Shown: positions 23,321-36,155 of the stretch, piece after piece
How positions within the stretch are numbered: the stretch's first letter is position 1
Layout of the letters: every line of letters begins with the position of its first letter
Program-made: the position numbers and the translations under genes
The notes under the pieces: generated by a model
Databases searched by the model: none
Told to the model about the DNA's origin: nothing
Seen by the model: the letters and a program-made list of their open reading frames with translations, nothing else
Assembly: GCA_964016885.1 (NCBI GenBank)
Contig: OZ024745.1
Coordinates: 63,302,001 to 63,366,000, forward strand
Reading direction: 5' to 3'
Source: Eledone cirrhosa
Taxonomy: Eukaryota
DNA: 64,000 bases

Positions 23321-25069
23321 TTGCATTTATCTTGCTTTATGTTCATACGAGTTATCACCAAGTCGCAACCAGTGACCTCAAGAGACAACAAGGTCCGCCA
23401 TGTTCAAGAAAGAACATACATATTCACACAAGCATCCTTAGTGTTTGGACTTCTGATGTACTTATATTGACAGGATCTTCCTTAGTATATGGGCAGTTCC
23501 CATTAGTACTATCTTTTGTATTTCTCCTATACGCGGGTTTCCTGGGATTTGCGATAAGTAGTCGTTAGACCCCTTAGGTATCATTCCCAGAGCGCCTACA
23601 ACGACTGGTATTGTTTTAGTTCTCAATTTCCACATTTTTCCAATTTCTATCTCCAGGTCCTTATACTTGCTCAATTTTTCAAATGTTTTTATAGATACAT
23701 TCTTGTCTATTGGAACAGACATATCAATTAGCAGGCATACCTTCCTTTGAAAGTCCTTCAATATTATATCAGGTCTATTTGCATCTATTTTTCGGTCTGT
23801 TTGGATGCTAAAGTTCCACAAGATTGAGATGTGATCTTTTTCAAGTATGGGAGGTGGTTGATTCTCCCACCAATTCTTTTGATGGGGCAGGTCAAAATGC
23901 TTACACATTATCCAATGTATGTATTGTGCAGCTCTGTCATGCCTGTTTAGGTATTCTGTTGGAGCTATAGGACTGCACATTGAAATTATATGGTCAATTG
24001 TCTCTGGTTGTTTTTTGCATACACGGCATAATGGGCTGCACCCATTTTGTATTATGTTGGCTTGGTAATTTTTTGTTGGCAGACACTGATCTTGTGCCGA
24101 TATAATCAGTCCAACCACTGATGGGTTAAAGGTTTGTCAACATCAGGATTGTTAGCTCGATCTGGGTATTTTCCATACAGAGGCTTTTCTTGCCATTTCT
24201 TAGCCAGTTTCTGTAACAGTTCTTTCTTTGCAGTTACTTTTACCTGCTTTGCTTTTTCTGTGTTTTCCATTTCAGCAGTAAATGGGACTTCTGAAATTTG
24301 TAGTCCATTACTGTATCTTTGTGCATCTTTTGTAATGGAATATGATCTTTTGGTGCTTTCGTGTTTCAAAACGAGTTTGATCATCCAATCATGTGATTCC
24401 CTTAGTTATGTGGATAATCCAATTGTTGCAGTTTTCAACGCAATGTCTAACTGGATTAACCCACGTCCTCCTTCTTTCCTAGGGAGATATATTCTATCTA
24501 TGTCTGCCTTAGGGTGATGCATTCTGTGCATGGTTAAGAATTTTCGGATTTTTGTATCGAGCCTACGGATCTCTGTGCTTGACCAGTTGATGACATTGTA
24601 ACTGTAGGTTACTACTGGTATGGCAAGCGTGTTTATGGCATCGATCCTATTCCTTGCATTCAATTCCGTTCTTAAGATTGCTCTGACTCTGCGGTAACAT
24701 TCCTTCCTTATCCTTTCCCTCATTGTCGAGTGCCTGATTCCGTCTCCTTCACAAACACCTAGATATTTGTAAGTTTTTTCTTGATCAAGCTCTCTTATCA
24801 CGTTCCCCCGATCAAGATTAATGTCTGAACTCTTCAGCAGCTTTCCTCTGGTGAACGTTGCTTTGGCGCATTTATCCAGTCCAAACTCCATTTTAATGTC
24901 ATCACTGAACTGCTTCACAGTGGATAATAGCCCTTGCAATTGTTCATCATTTTTTGCAAATAGTTTCAGGTCATCCATGTAGAACAGGTGATTAATGGTT
25001 TTGTCATAGACTCTATATCCATGTTTTGTTTCATTGAGCATTTTACTTAATGGTATAAGTGCGATGCAG

Positions 25070-25074
<5 letters not shown>
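23321..25074 (-). mobile_element. Dong family B, 5'-truncated copy (B1)
   Basis: ORF pieces 23462-24118, 24106-24384 and 24406-25041 (YMDD, CRVC..H..C, RHD, RPDI); ~30-nt deletion near 24110; (TTA)n on both sides. Confidence 0.95.
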
Positions 25075-25105
<31 letters not shown>

Positions 25106-25313
25106 GGCGACCTACGTAGGAAATCGTATTATCGTGAGCTCCGCAAAGGTTTGTTATTTCCGTTTGTTTAAAAATTGCCATTTATGGAAAATTTTATTGT
25201 AAACTGTTTATAAGCACTCATACATTGTTTTCCGAAAAGGACACCCAAAAAGATTGGGGCCTTGTGCCCAAAATTTTAACTTTTATTATTATCCAAAAAT
25301 TTCTTTGAAATAA

Positions 25314-27275
25314 ATGGCTAATTCCCCTCTGCACGAAGCAGCTGAAAGCCTTCCTCACAAAATAACACCTCACACCGACACCACCATTGTAAATGTTACT
25401 ACGTTTGCCAACACAAAAAAAATATAAGCAGTAGCAATATTTTAAATTTGTCTCAGGCAGACATTCATTTCCCGCCATTACCAATGACTGCAGGTGTTAA
25501 ACCCTCCACCACCACCACCACCACCGCGACAACAGAAACAAAAGAAGAAAAAAATAAATTAACTCGTGACGTCGAAATGAAATCAAGCAAAATGGACTCT
25601 TCCCCACCAAAGACGACTGACGTCACCACCACCACAACTGAAAATAAAATTAATATTAACGATAACAACAACAACAACAATGACATTATAAAACCGACCC
25701 TCAGTTTCGCCATCGTAGCAAAACAATTCGAAGCGTTCACGGTAACTCAAGAAGATTTAGAAAATGCCAAACAAATGGTAAAGAAAGATGGGTACAGGGT
25801 CAGCCCCCCCCCCCCACACCTAATAAAATGGAGCATCGGCGCCTGTGCACCGTGTCGTATAGAACAATAAATGTAAAATCGCGCCGAGTGAAACGGGCAT
25901 CCGAGTCCCAAATCCAAAAAGCTTTGGGACATGTGTGGGCAAGAAAAACCCACATCAGACGTGGGCAGAAGTATGGAACCGTGGACGTGTTCTTTGAAAC
26001 ACCAGAGGAGGCTAGAGAACACTCCATGGCCCCATTAAAAAGTGACGACTTCACACTCGTCCCAAGCTATTGTGGCCAGAGACTCGTAAAGATCAGAGTG
26101 ACCCACGTTCCACCGGCCATCGAAATTCCCTGGCTAATAGCGGCTGTCCTCGCCGGCATCGAAGCCAACACGAAAATAATAGCAGTAGCAAAAGAAAAGC
26201 AGGAAAACTGGTCCGGATCTGGGATGGAGCTCCTGATCCAAGCGGACGAAAAAAGCATTGAGGAGATCCCAGAGGTAATAGACCTCACTGACGGCAGCCA
26301 CCTCACCGTAATTGTCGAGGGCAGAAGACCTAGGTGTGTCGTTTGTGGTGAAGGAACCCACCTAAGGGCTTTCTGCCCTCAGGCTAAAAGGTTGAGGCCA
26401 CCTCTCCTACCCACCCCAGTGACACAACCATCAACACCACCAGTAGCAGAGATGGCAGCAACAACTGTAGCAGCAACAAGAGAAGCAACTATAACAGCAA
26501 CAACCCCAGCAACAGTAGCAAAACCAACACCACTACCACCACCAGCAAAACCAACACCACCACCACCCAACGCTTCAGAACTAGCACCAACGCCTACACC
26601 ATCCACCACACCACAACCAAAACTAACGGCTGTGGAGGATTTTCCACTCCCCGGCCTATCACAACTGGAGACAGATTGTGACGACGAGGAGTGGGAAACG
26701 ATATCCGGAAAAAAGAAAGAAACCAAAAAAGAAAAAATTCTCTTCCTTCCCCCTCCAAAAACAAAATACAGAGGGAAACAAATAAACTAAGAAACAAAAA
26801 AGTTAGGACAGATATGCCACCATCCACACCAGCATCACCAACCCCATCAACCCAAACACCAACACCATCACCATCATTATCCCCAGCACAACCATCACCT
26901 ACACCACAAAAGTCACCAAAATGCGAAACAGAAACAAACCCACAACAAACGCAAACAAAACAAAACAACCAAAACGATACACACTACACAGCATTAAATT
27001 TGAACAACAAGCAATTATTACACTACATCCAACACAACACCAGCATCACAGAAAAAGACTACACAACAACCCCAAAATTCACACCACCTCCACACATACA
27101 AATCACTCGCATCACACAGAAAACGTACATGACACTAAAACAAAAATTCCCCAAAGACATCGGAGACTTCCGACAAGCACTCTCCAGGAGGATTTATAAG
27201 GACATCCTTCCTGAGGAGGCCACAAGCAGTGAAAAGGATGGAAAAGACGTCCTTCCCCTACGAGAAGTAAGGTAA
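25314..27275 (+). pseudogene. Tx1 ORF1 (gag-like zinc knuckle), frameshifted
   Basis: Pieces 25448-25870, 25828-26790 and 26691-27275; CVVCGEGTHLRAFC (CX2CX4HX4C); T/P-rich linkers; start approximate. Confidence 0.8.
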
Positions 27276-27309
27276 GTGGTCTTTCCCATCTTTTCCACTC
27301 ATTTTCAAC

Positions 27310-30300
27310 ATGACCTCACTCAGAATAGGCAGCATAAATGCGCGTGGCTTGGGGTCGTCATGGAAGCAGGGCCACCTGCTCAACGACCTCAGGTCACTAA
27401 ACATAGATGTAGTGGCCATCAGCGAGACCAGAATCTCCGAAGCACAGGCTTTCGCACCGATCTTCGGCGGCTACGATGTGTACGCATCTCCCAGCCGTCC
27501 GCGATCGGGGGGAGGAGTTGCTGTGCTTTTTCGGAGAGGTTTGGATCTTGCCATACGGGCCATCTTCCTGGACCCAGAAGGTAAGTTGGTGGTGCTGGAC
27601 GTGACCAGCGGAGACGGGCAAGCTTTCAGGTTAGTGGCCGTCTATGCCCCGACAGGAGCAGGGCGGCCTGATTTCTTCCGGCGTCTGGAGACCTTTCTTG
27701 GAACGTCCCGCTCTTTAGTGTTAGTGGGCGACTGGAACGGGATCTTAGATGCACGCTGGGATTGTGTGGGATTAGTGGATAGGAGAGGAGGGTGCAAGAG
27801 TCTCACCAAGCTGCTCAGGCGTTTTGAACTGTCTGACAGGTACCGATTGGATTTCCCGAATGTACCAATGTGGACTTGGACAAATCGCATAGGGTCATCC
27901 AGATCATATCTAAATAGAGTATTTTGTAGGGAAATAGATAGGTCTAGCATAGGCTGTCCACAATTCAAGATAGTCAGCTACACGGACCACAAATTCGTGA
28001 TCTGTGTGCTTGACTTAGATAGGCTTCATAGACGAGGACCCGGCTACTGGAAGTTAAACGCGTCCTTACCAGCGCGCAAGGCCTACAGAGACCGGATTAG
28101 CGAACTAGTTAAGCGGGCGTTGACGGGGGCCATCGTCAACAACAAGTGGTGGTTTGCTCTGAAAAGAACAATTAGAATAGAGTCCATTTAGTAAGACTTT
28201 AGCAATAGAGAAAAAAAAAATAGAGCAGAGGGAGAATTAGTTAGAAAATTAGATGAGGCGCTTAGCAAAGGCATCGCGACCGACGTACTTGCGGCGAAAT
28301 TGGCCCTTGACCAATTCTTCAATGCAAAGCACGAAGGCTGCGTTGTCAGAGCTAGGGTGCGTGCTCTCAGACACGAGGGGACGAAAGCCGTTCAATGGGC
28401 CCAAGTGGCGGAGGCGCGTCGTGGCAACAAAGCCACGATCCGGTCTTTGGTGGACCACGACGGGCGCATGCTACTCGATCCCGGGCAAATGTGTGAAGCT
28501 TTTCAGCGACACTTCGCTCAACTGTTCGGGGGCAGTGGCGGGCCGGATCGAGGGATGGACTTTAGTGTCTACCTCGACGGACTGCCGCGGCTTTCGGCCA
28601 CTGAGGCGGAGTGTTGCGAAAAGCCGATAACAACCGCTGAAGTACGGGATGCAATGACTAGTTGCACAAGGTGTAAATCGCCTGGTTTGGTTGGTCTGCC
28701 CTATGAACTTTACGTACAAATGCCAAACTTGTTCGGAGGCCTCTTGGCGGACGTTTACTGCAACTGGCAACAGAACGGGAGAATTTCCAGCTCTGTGAGC
28801 CGAGGAGCGGTGGCGCTGCTGAGAAAGGATCCGAACAAGGGGGATAACATAGATAATTTTAGGCCCATAACTCTGCTAAACACAGAGTTCAAGATTTTGG
28901 CCAAGGTGCTAGCAAAGAGGTTGGCGCTTGTCGTTGGTGGTCTGGTGGGAGAGGCACAGACATGCGCCATTCCCGACAGATCCATCCACGACAACCTCCA
29001 CCTCATGCGATACATCGTAGAGAGGGTAGCTAGGGAACCTGGCACGGGTGGGTCTTTGATCAATTTAGATCAGTCGAAAGCCTTCGATAGGGTCGACCAT
29101 CGTTACCTAACGGCAGTCCTGAGGGCGGCTGGCTTTGGGCCCGTCTTCAGAGGCTGGATCGCTGCCATGCACAGCGACATCTGCTCTGTAGTGAGAGTGA
29201 ACGGTCGCCTTTCGGAACCGTTCAACATCATGCGCTCGGTCCGCCAAGGATGTCCCCTCTCGTCCCTCTTGTACGTATTGACTCTCGAGCCATTACTGCA
29301 CAAACTGGAGACGTTGAGGGGGGACCCGCGCGAACTAGGATGCGGAAGATCCGTGTCAGCATATGCCGACGATGTCACCGTAGTGGTGTCGAACGCCAAA
29401 CACATCGAGGCGATCGGCACTACACTAAGAGAATACGAAGCGGTGACAGGAGCAATGATCAACCAGGAAAAGTCAGTGGGCCTGCAGCTCGGCACCTGGA
29501 GAGGCAGGTCCATGCCGTCCAACAGCGTCGTCGGGCGCTGGACGGACGGACCGGTTAAATTGCTAGGGGTCTGGTTCGGTCCAGACCTCCAGACGGCTAA
29601 AAACTGGGACGAGGTGACGAGCAGGGTGGCTTCTCTCACCCAGAAATGGGCCGAGAGGAAGCTATCCCTGAAAGGTCGAGCGGAGGTGGCGAATGCGTAC
29701 ATCGCATCCGTCATCTACTACCGCCTGACCGTCGTACCTTGTCCTAAGCCCCGCCTGACTGCGCTGGAGCGTTTGTTCTTTCGCTTCTTGTGGAAGGGAC
29801 GCGCTCCGATGGTCAGGCGGTCCATCTGCTGTCAACACCCGCTACGTGGAGGGCTGGGCATGCCGTGGCTGATGATGCGCAGACACGCGCTCAGGCTACG
29901 ACATCTCCACCTCTTCCTCGACGGTGATCAGGTGTGGTCGCCGTTTGCAAGACACGTTTTTCCCCAGCTCGTCTCCTTGACGGAGCTGCAGTCCTGGGTC
30001 AAGCGAAGACCGAGAGGGAGCGCTTGGAGGCTGGAATGTCTTCAGGCGCTCACAGCCCTCGACCAATCGGGCAATGTGATCGGTGGAAACTCCACCTTGG
30101 CGTTCTATAGGGGATTAGTGGAGGGGAAGAGCGACGACGTACTTGGAGAAACTCTAGGCGTCGACGAAAATCAACTAGCCAATCTCTTCGGAAGGACTTT
30201 CGGGCCGGGGCCTATGGACAACTTCCAGAAATCCTTGGCCTGGCAGTGCTACCGAGGAGCTTTGCCAGTTCGGGATAAACTCTACAGGCATGGAGGTGCC

Positions 30301-30729
30301 GTCAGCCGGGCATGTCCGAGATGCGCGCAGGGCGACGAAACCGTCCTGCACGCACTCGTCCAGTGTCCGAGCATTGCTGACTTGTGGGTTTATGTCGAAC
30401 ACCTGCTGTCACGTGTAGGACGGATCCAGCTATCAGCTGAGTCCAACGTGAGGATTGCCCCGCCCCCTTCCTTTAGCCTGGAAGGGCAGGCAGTTTTTAT
30501 CTGTCTGGTGGCCATGGCGAAAGAGATAGTATGGTGGACACGTTTGAAAGGGCTGAAGACGAGCACTTACCTCTTCGGTGATGCCCTGATTAACTTTTTC
30601 AAATTTCATTTGAAAAGGAAAATCAGGGTAGAGAGGGAAGTGCTCTCTTCCCAGCATTTTGTTGAAAGATGGGTGAGAGAAGCAAGTATGGCCCGAATGA
30701 ATGGGCCTTCTCTGAGTATGTGTCTGTAA
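27310..30729 (+). pseudogene. Tx1 ORF2 (APE endonuclease + RT + Cys domain), disrupted near 28190-28220
   Basis: SINARGL, ISET, VYAP, VGDWN, TDH, GYWKLN; RPITLLN, DQSKAFD, QGCPLS, YADD; CPRC..ETVLHALVQC. Confidence 0.93.
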
Positions 30730-30971
30730 ATTAAAGGTGGAAAACGGGGAGAGGGCACTTGCCCTGGTGGTCAGGGCCTCTGTGGTCTTTTAATGGGCTT
30801 TCTCCACAAATGTCCCTTGGAAGTCTCCCCCCTATTGGGGAATTTTTCTTTGTTATTTTATTTCAACCTCTGTTTTTTTACACGCAGAAATGCCCATTTG
30901 TACCGTCCTGTATTGTCCTGTACTGTCCTTAATGTCTACTTTATGTGAACCCTTGTGGTTAATAAAGAAAA

Positions 30972-31044
<73 letters not shown>

Positions 31045-31045
<1 letters not shown>

Positions 31046-31158
31046 CTTGAATCTCAGTCATTGATGTTAGTTAACTAGAAAATCCGTTGGAATGAATATC
31101 AAGCCACTACCTGCAGCCTCAGATATTCAGGACGTATCGGAGGGTTCTTGCTGTTCCC
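31045..31158 (-). mobile_element. Dong family A, 114-bp 3' fragment
   Basis: Matches 16383-16495; (TTA)n on both sides. Confidence 0.9.
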
Positions 31159-31175
31159 TATTATTATTATTATTA

Positions 31176-34100
31176 CAGTTGCATTTATCTTGCTTTATGT
31201 TCATACGAGTTATCACCAAGTCAAGACCAGTGACCTCAAGAGACAACAAGGTCCGCCATGTTCAAGAAAGAACATACATATTCACACATGCATCTTTAGT
31301 GTTTAGACTTGTGATGTACTTATATTGACAGAATCTTCCTTAGTATATGGGCAGTTCCCATTAATACTATCTTTTGTATTTCTCCTATACGCGGGTTTCC
31401 TGGGATTTGCGATATGTAATCATTAGACCACTTAGGTATCATTCCCAGAGCGCCTACAACCACTGGTATTGTTTTAGTTCTCAATTTCCACATTTTTCCA
31501 ATTTCTATCTCCAGGTCCTTATACTTGCTCAATTTTTCAAATGTTTTTATAGATACATTCTTGTCTATTGGAACAGACATATCAATTAGCAGGCATACCC
31601 TCTTTTGAAAGTCTTTCAATATTATATCAGGTCTGTTTGCATCTATTTTTCGGTCTGTTTGGATGCTAAACTTCCACAAGATTGAGATGTGATCTTTTTC
31701 AAGTATGGGAGGTGGTTGATGCTCCCACCAATTCTTTTGATGGGGCAGGTCAAAATGCTTACACATTATCCAATGTATGTATTGTGCAGCTCTGTCATGC
31801 CTGTTTAGGTATTCGGTTGGAGCTATAGGACTGCACATTGAAATTATATGGTCAATGGTATCTGGTTGTTTTTTGCATACACGGCATAATGGGCTGCACC
31901 CATTTTTTATTATGTTGGCTTGGTAATTTTTTGTTGGCAGACACTGATCTTGTGCCGATATAATCAGTCCTTGAGTCTCCGATTTCAGTCCAGAGGATGC
32001 CAACCACTGATGGGTCAAAGTTTTGTCAACATCAGGATTGTTAGCTCGCTCTGGGTATTTTCCATACAGAGGCTTTTCTTGCCATTTCTTAACCAGTTTC
32101 TGTAGCAGTTCTTTCTTTGCAGTTACTTTTACCTGCTTTGCTTTTTCTGTGTTTTCCATTTCAGCAGTAAATGGGACTTCTGAAATTTGTAGTCCATTAC
32201 TGTATCTTTGTGCATCTTTTGTAATGGAATATGATCTTTTGATGCTTTCGTGTTTCAAAACGAGTTTGATCATCCAATCATGTGATTCCCTTAGATATGT
32301 AGATAATCCAATTGTTGCAGTTTTCAACGCAATGTCTAACTGGATTATCCCACGTCCTCCTTATTTCCTATGGAGATATATTCTATCTATATCAGCCTTA
32401 GGGTGATGCATTTTGTGCATGGTTAAGAATTTTCGAATTTTTGTATCGAGCCTACGGATCTCTGTGCTTGACCAGTTGATGACATTGTAACTGTAGGTTA
32501 CTACTGGTATGGCAAGCGTGTTTATGGCATCGATCCTATTCCTTGCATTCAATTCCGTTCTTAAGATTGCTCTTACTCTGCGGTAACATTCCTTCCTTAT
32601 CCTTTCCCTCATTGTCGAGTGCTTGATTCCGTCTCCTTCACAAACACCTAGATATTTGTAAGTTTTTTCTTGATCAAGTTCTCTTATCACGTTCCCCCAA
32701 TCAAGATTAATGTCTGAACTCTTCAGCAGCTTTCCTCTGGTGAACGTTCCTTTGGCGCATTTATCTAGTCCAAACTCCATTTTAATGTCATCACTGAACT
32801 GCTTCACAGTGGATAATAGCCCTTGCAATTGTTCATCATTTTTTGCAAATAGTTTCAGGTTATCCATGTAGAACAGGTGATTAATGGTTTTGTCATAGAC
32901 TTTATATCCATGTTTTGTTTCATTGAGCATTTTACTTAATGGTATAAGTGCGATGCAGAATAAAAGCGGTGATAAAGAGTCACCCTGAAAAATTCCACAA
33001 TTAATATTAACTTCTCCAGCTTCCAGTGATTTTGTTTCACTATTCAAAAGGAGTGTCGTTTTCCACGTCTTCATACTGAATGACAAAAACCTCCTGACAA
33101 CGGGGGATACTTTGAAAATCTCTAAACATTTTTCAATCCAACTGTGTGGCAAACTATCAAATGCTTTTTTATAATCTATCCAAGCAATCGATAGATTTTT
33201 GTGTCTATTATGACAATCTTCCAGTATCATTTTGTTAACCAGAAGCTGATCCTTACAGCCATATGAGCCTCGTTTACACCCTTTCTGCTCAATGGGAAAT
33301 AGGTAATTTGTTATCAGGTGGTCATATGTGTATTCAGTTAGGACTGATGTTAAAATTTTATACATTGTGGTCAAGCAAGTTATCGGTCTGTAATTTTTGG
33401 GATTGTTTGTCTCATCATTCTTCGGAAGCAGGAATGTAATGCCGTTAACTAGCCATGAAGGTATCTTTTCTGGCTCCTTAACTATTTCATTGTAAAGTTG
33501 GGCTAACAGCTCATGAAACTCTGTGAAGGCAGTTATCCAAAAGTTTTGTATTTTGTCTTTTCCTGGGGATTTCCATTTGCTGGTTTTTCTTAGAGCCAAG
33601 CGCAACTGTTCAACTGTTATATTTTCCCATGTTTGTTCCTCAAGGTGAGCTGTATCTTTCATTTGTCTGTCTATCCCTGGGACATGTATGTTATGAACTT
33701 TTTCTTCGGCCCAGATCTTTTCCCAGAATTCTTGCACTTCCTCCTTGGGTGGTATTGATTTAGCAGTTATTGTTGACTTACCAATTTTTCTGTAGAAGTT
33801 TCTTTGGTTGTTTTTGAACATATTATTGTCCTTATAGAATCTAGATCGTTTTTCAAAGCGCCTTATACGAGCAGCTTTGGCCGACACTCTTTGCTTGATT
33901 ATTTCTATCAGCATGTCTATGTCACATGTTGATTTTATAATGTACGTTTTTTTCAATTTTCTAAGTTTAGTTTGTTTAACATGTTCACCTACTTTATAGT
34001 TTGTTAAAATTTCTATGTCAGATCGGAGAAGGTTTATTTGGCGATTGATGTTCTCTTGCCAAGTAGATTTCTTGTGGGAATTCCTTTGTTTTTTCATCTT

Positions 34101-35150
34101 CACTCCACATAAGTGAGTGGTGACTTTAGCCGATGCATAATAGAGATGATTTAAATCAGTAATCTTTAGTTTGTTTGTGATGATAATGTTTTTGAGAATT
34201 ATGTTAGTCTTGTGTATTATCTTTTGGTTCTGTTTGGAGTTCTGGATCTTAGGGAGGGTGTCTCGTTGCCCCATGTCAGATTCTTTCATTTTCATCCATT
34301 CGATCATAATTTCATCCTTCAAGTTGGCAAGTTCATTCTCATTCATTTCCTTATCATTTACGATCTCATTATTTTCATTTGGAGTTTCATCCTGAGCATG
34401 CACTCCCTCCACTTTTTCGATCCTTTCTTTAATTTGTTCTGTTGCCAGTGATTCCGCCCCAACCCTGGGATTCGAAGTGTTACAGTTTACCTCATCTTCA
34501 CTGACACATGTTTCATTTTCCCTTCGCTGACTTTGTGCTAATAGCTTGATCTGATCAATTTCTATATCAGTTAGTAACTTTTTTCTTACAATATTTCTTC
34601 GTATATTGGCTAGTTTGTTACTGTCAATATAGCCTCTGTTTTCGGGATGTTTCTTTTTCCAGTTGATATATGTCTGTTCTGTATTCGATGTATTTGATGG
34701 GTAGTACATGGCAGTGTAGAAAGCCTCAAGGACTTCTTTATTATCTTCCCTTGACCATTTTTCTCTCTTTTTCTTTGGATTTCTTGGTGGTGAGCATGGA
34801 GGGCCAACAGTAGGAGTATTCCGGTTATGGGAGGTCTCCAGCTCCGAAGTGATGGGAAGGTTTGAACCATTAGCTGATTTTTCGACCCCAGTCTGGTTCC
34901 TCTCTGAGCGACGCGGCCCTTTTTTACCCGGGTGACGGCCGATCCGGTATGAGATTTTATTATTAGACATTTACTTTATTTTTTCGCGTTTTATCCTTAT
35001 CCGCCAAGGGGTAATCATTTCGTGTTACCACTTCTAGAACGAGTGTCAACCAAGACTAGAGGGGTCGTTCTCCCCTAGAGACACGGCTATTCCCCTCCGG
35101 CCGCCATCCCGGTATTTCTTGGTCACGGGGTTTTCTTTTTGTTGTTTTTT
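31176..35150 (-). mobile_element. Dong/R4 family B, full-length copy (B2)
   Basis: 144-nt 3' UTR into (TAA)n; structured 5' UTR at ~34971-35130. Confidence 0.93.
31320..34970 (-). pseudogene. Family B RT-RLE ORF (1217 codons) with one in-frame stop and YMDD>YMDN
   Basis: ORFs 32361-34970 and 31320-32327 share a frame; motifs EKWSRED, KSPGKD, DYKKAFD, QGDSLSP, YMDN, CRVC..H..C, RHD, RPDII. Confidence 0.92.
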
Positions 35151-35217
35151 TTTAAATTGTTATTATCATGAGTGGTTCCTTAATGTGAGCATTGCTTGGC
35201 TTAAGAATGAAATTATT

Positions 35218-35268
35218 AATAATTGTCTCCACTCCAGGCACAAGGCCAGCAATCACCCAGTGCATTAC
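35218..35268 (-). mobile_element. SINE 3' fragment
   Basis: aataattgtctccactccaggcacaaggccagcaatcacccagtgcattac. Confidence 0.75.
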
Positions 35269-35279
35269 AATAATATAAT

Positions 35280-36105
35280 ATACGTTTTGTTGTAGTTGGC
35301 TGTTATTGTTGTTGGCTATGTCGGTGGTGGTGCCGGGGCTTTTTATGTTGTTGGTGAGGAAGGGGTGAGCCAGCAGTCCCATATTTGTTGATATTGTCGT
35401 TTGTCCTTGGCCAGGTCACTAAGTCAATCTATTTATATCTTTTGCTAGCCTCTCCCTTGTCTAGTGATACCACCACCTTCCCCTTTCTCTCTCAAGTTAA
35501 CAGGGGAATAGTGGTGGTAGCATTGAAGGAGTGGTGGCGGCGGGGAGATGTGGGAGACAGTAGCGGCGGTATCGATACTGAGACAGTGGTGGTGGTGATG
35601 TCGATACCGAGGCAGTGGTGGTGGAGACGTGATCGTATTACTGTAGTGATGGTGTTGTAGCGGTGGTAGCAATGAAGGAAGGATGGCGGCGGTGATGGGA
35701 TAGTGGTGGTAATGATGGCAGTAGTGAGTGGTGGTGGTGAAATTGCCGTTATCGGGCTGTTGTGTTTAGTGTACACAGAGAGGTGATGGGGTAGGTGTTG
35801 TATCTAGTTTCTGGTGTTGTTTGGCTGTTCTATATAGCGTAGACAGAGGAGGGGGGGGGGTTCTTCTTCCATTTATAGCCATTTTCTTTTTTGAATATAC
35901 AATGTACAATATAAAGTTGAATATTTGAATATTTGAGCCTTATAACAATATATTTTGGGTCCGAATTTTTTGGGGCTCAAGCCGGATGCTTTACGTAGCA
36001 TTTGTACTAAGAGTTGTTATTTCACAAATGATTTAAATATGTTAAAAATTCAAAACTTACGGGAGCGATTTCATGACCTTCCGTCACCTCGTGCGTCTTC
36101 TTCCC
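35280..36105 (-). other. Leader segment D, copy 2
   Basis: Homologous to 20250-20896 with the same right-hand junction to (TTA)n; left end differs. Confidence 0.7.

Positions 36106-36155
<50 letters not shown>

Larger units (their letters stand above)
25106..30972 (+). mobile_element. Tx1-clade (L1 superfamily) retrotransposon family C, full-length copy C1
   Basis: Starts GGCG right after (TTA)n; ORF1 + ORF2; AATAAA at 30961 then (ATT)n; 5867 bp; same termini as C2. Confidence 0.92.

Noticed and set aside
35030-35130. Canonical HDV-like ribozyme in the B2 5' UTR
   Set aside because: P1/P3-like pairings exist, but P1.1, P4 and the catalytic J4/2 could not be fitted; kept only as an unexplained motif
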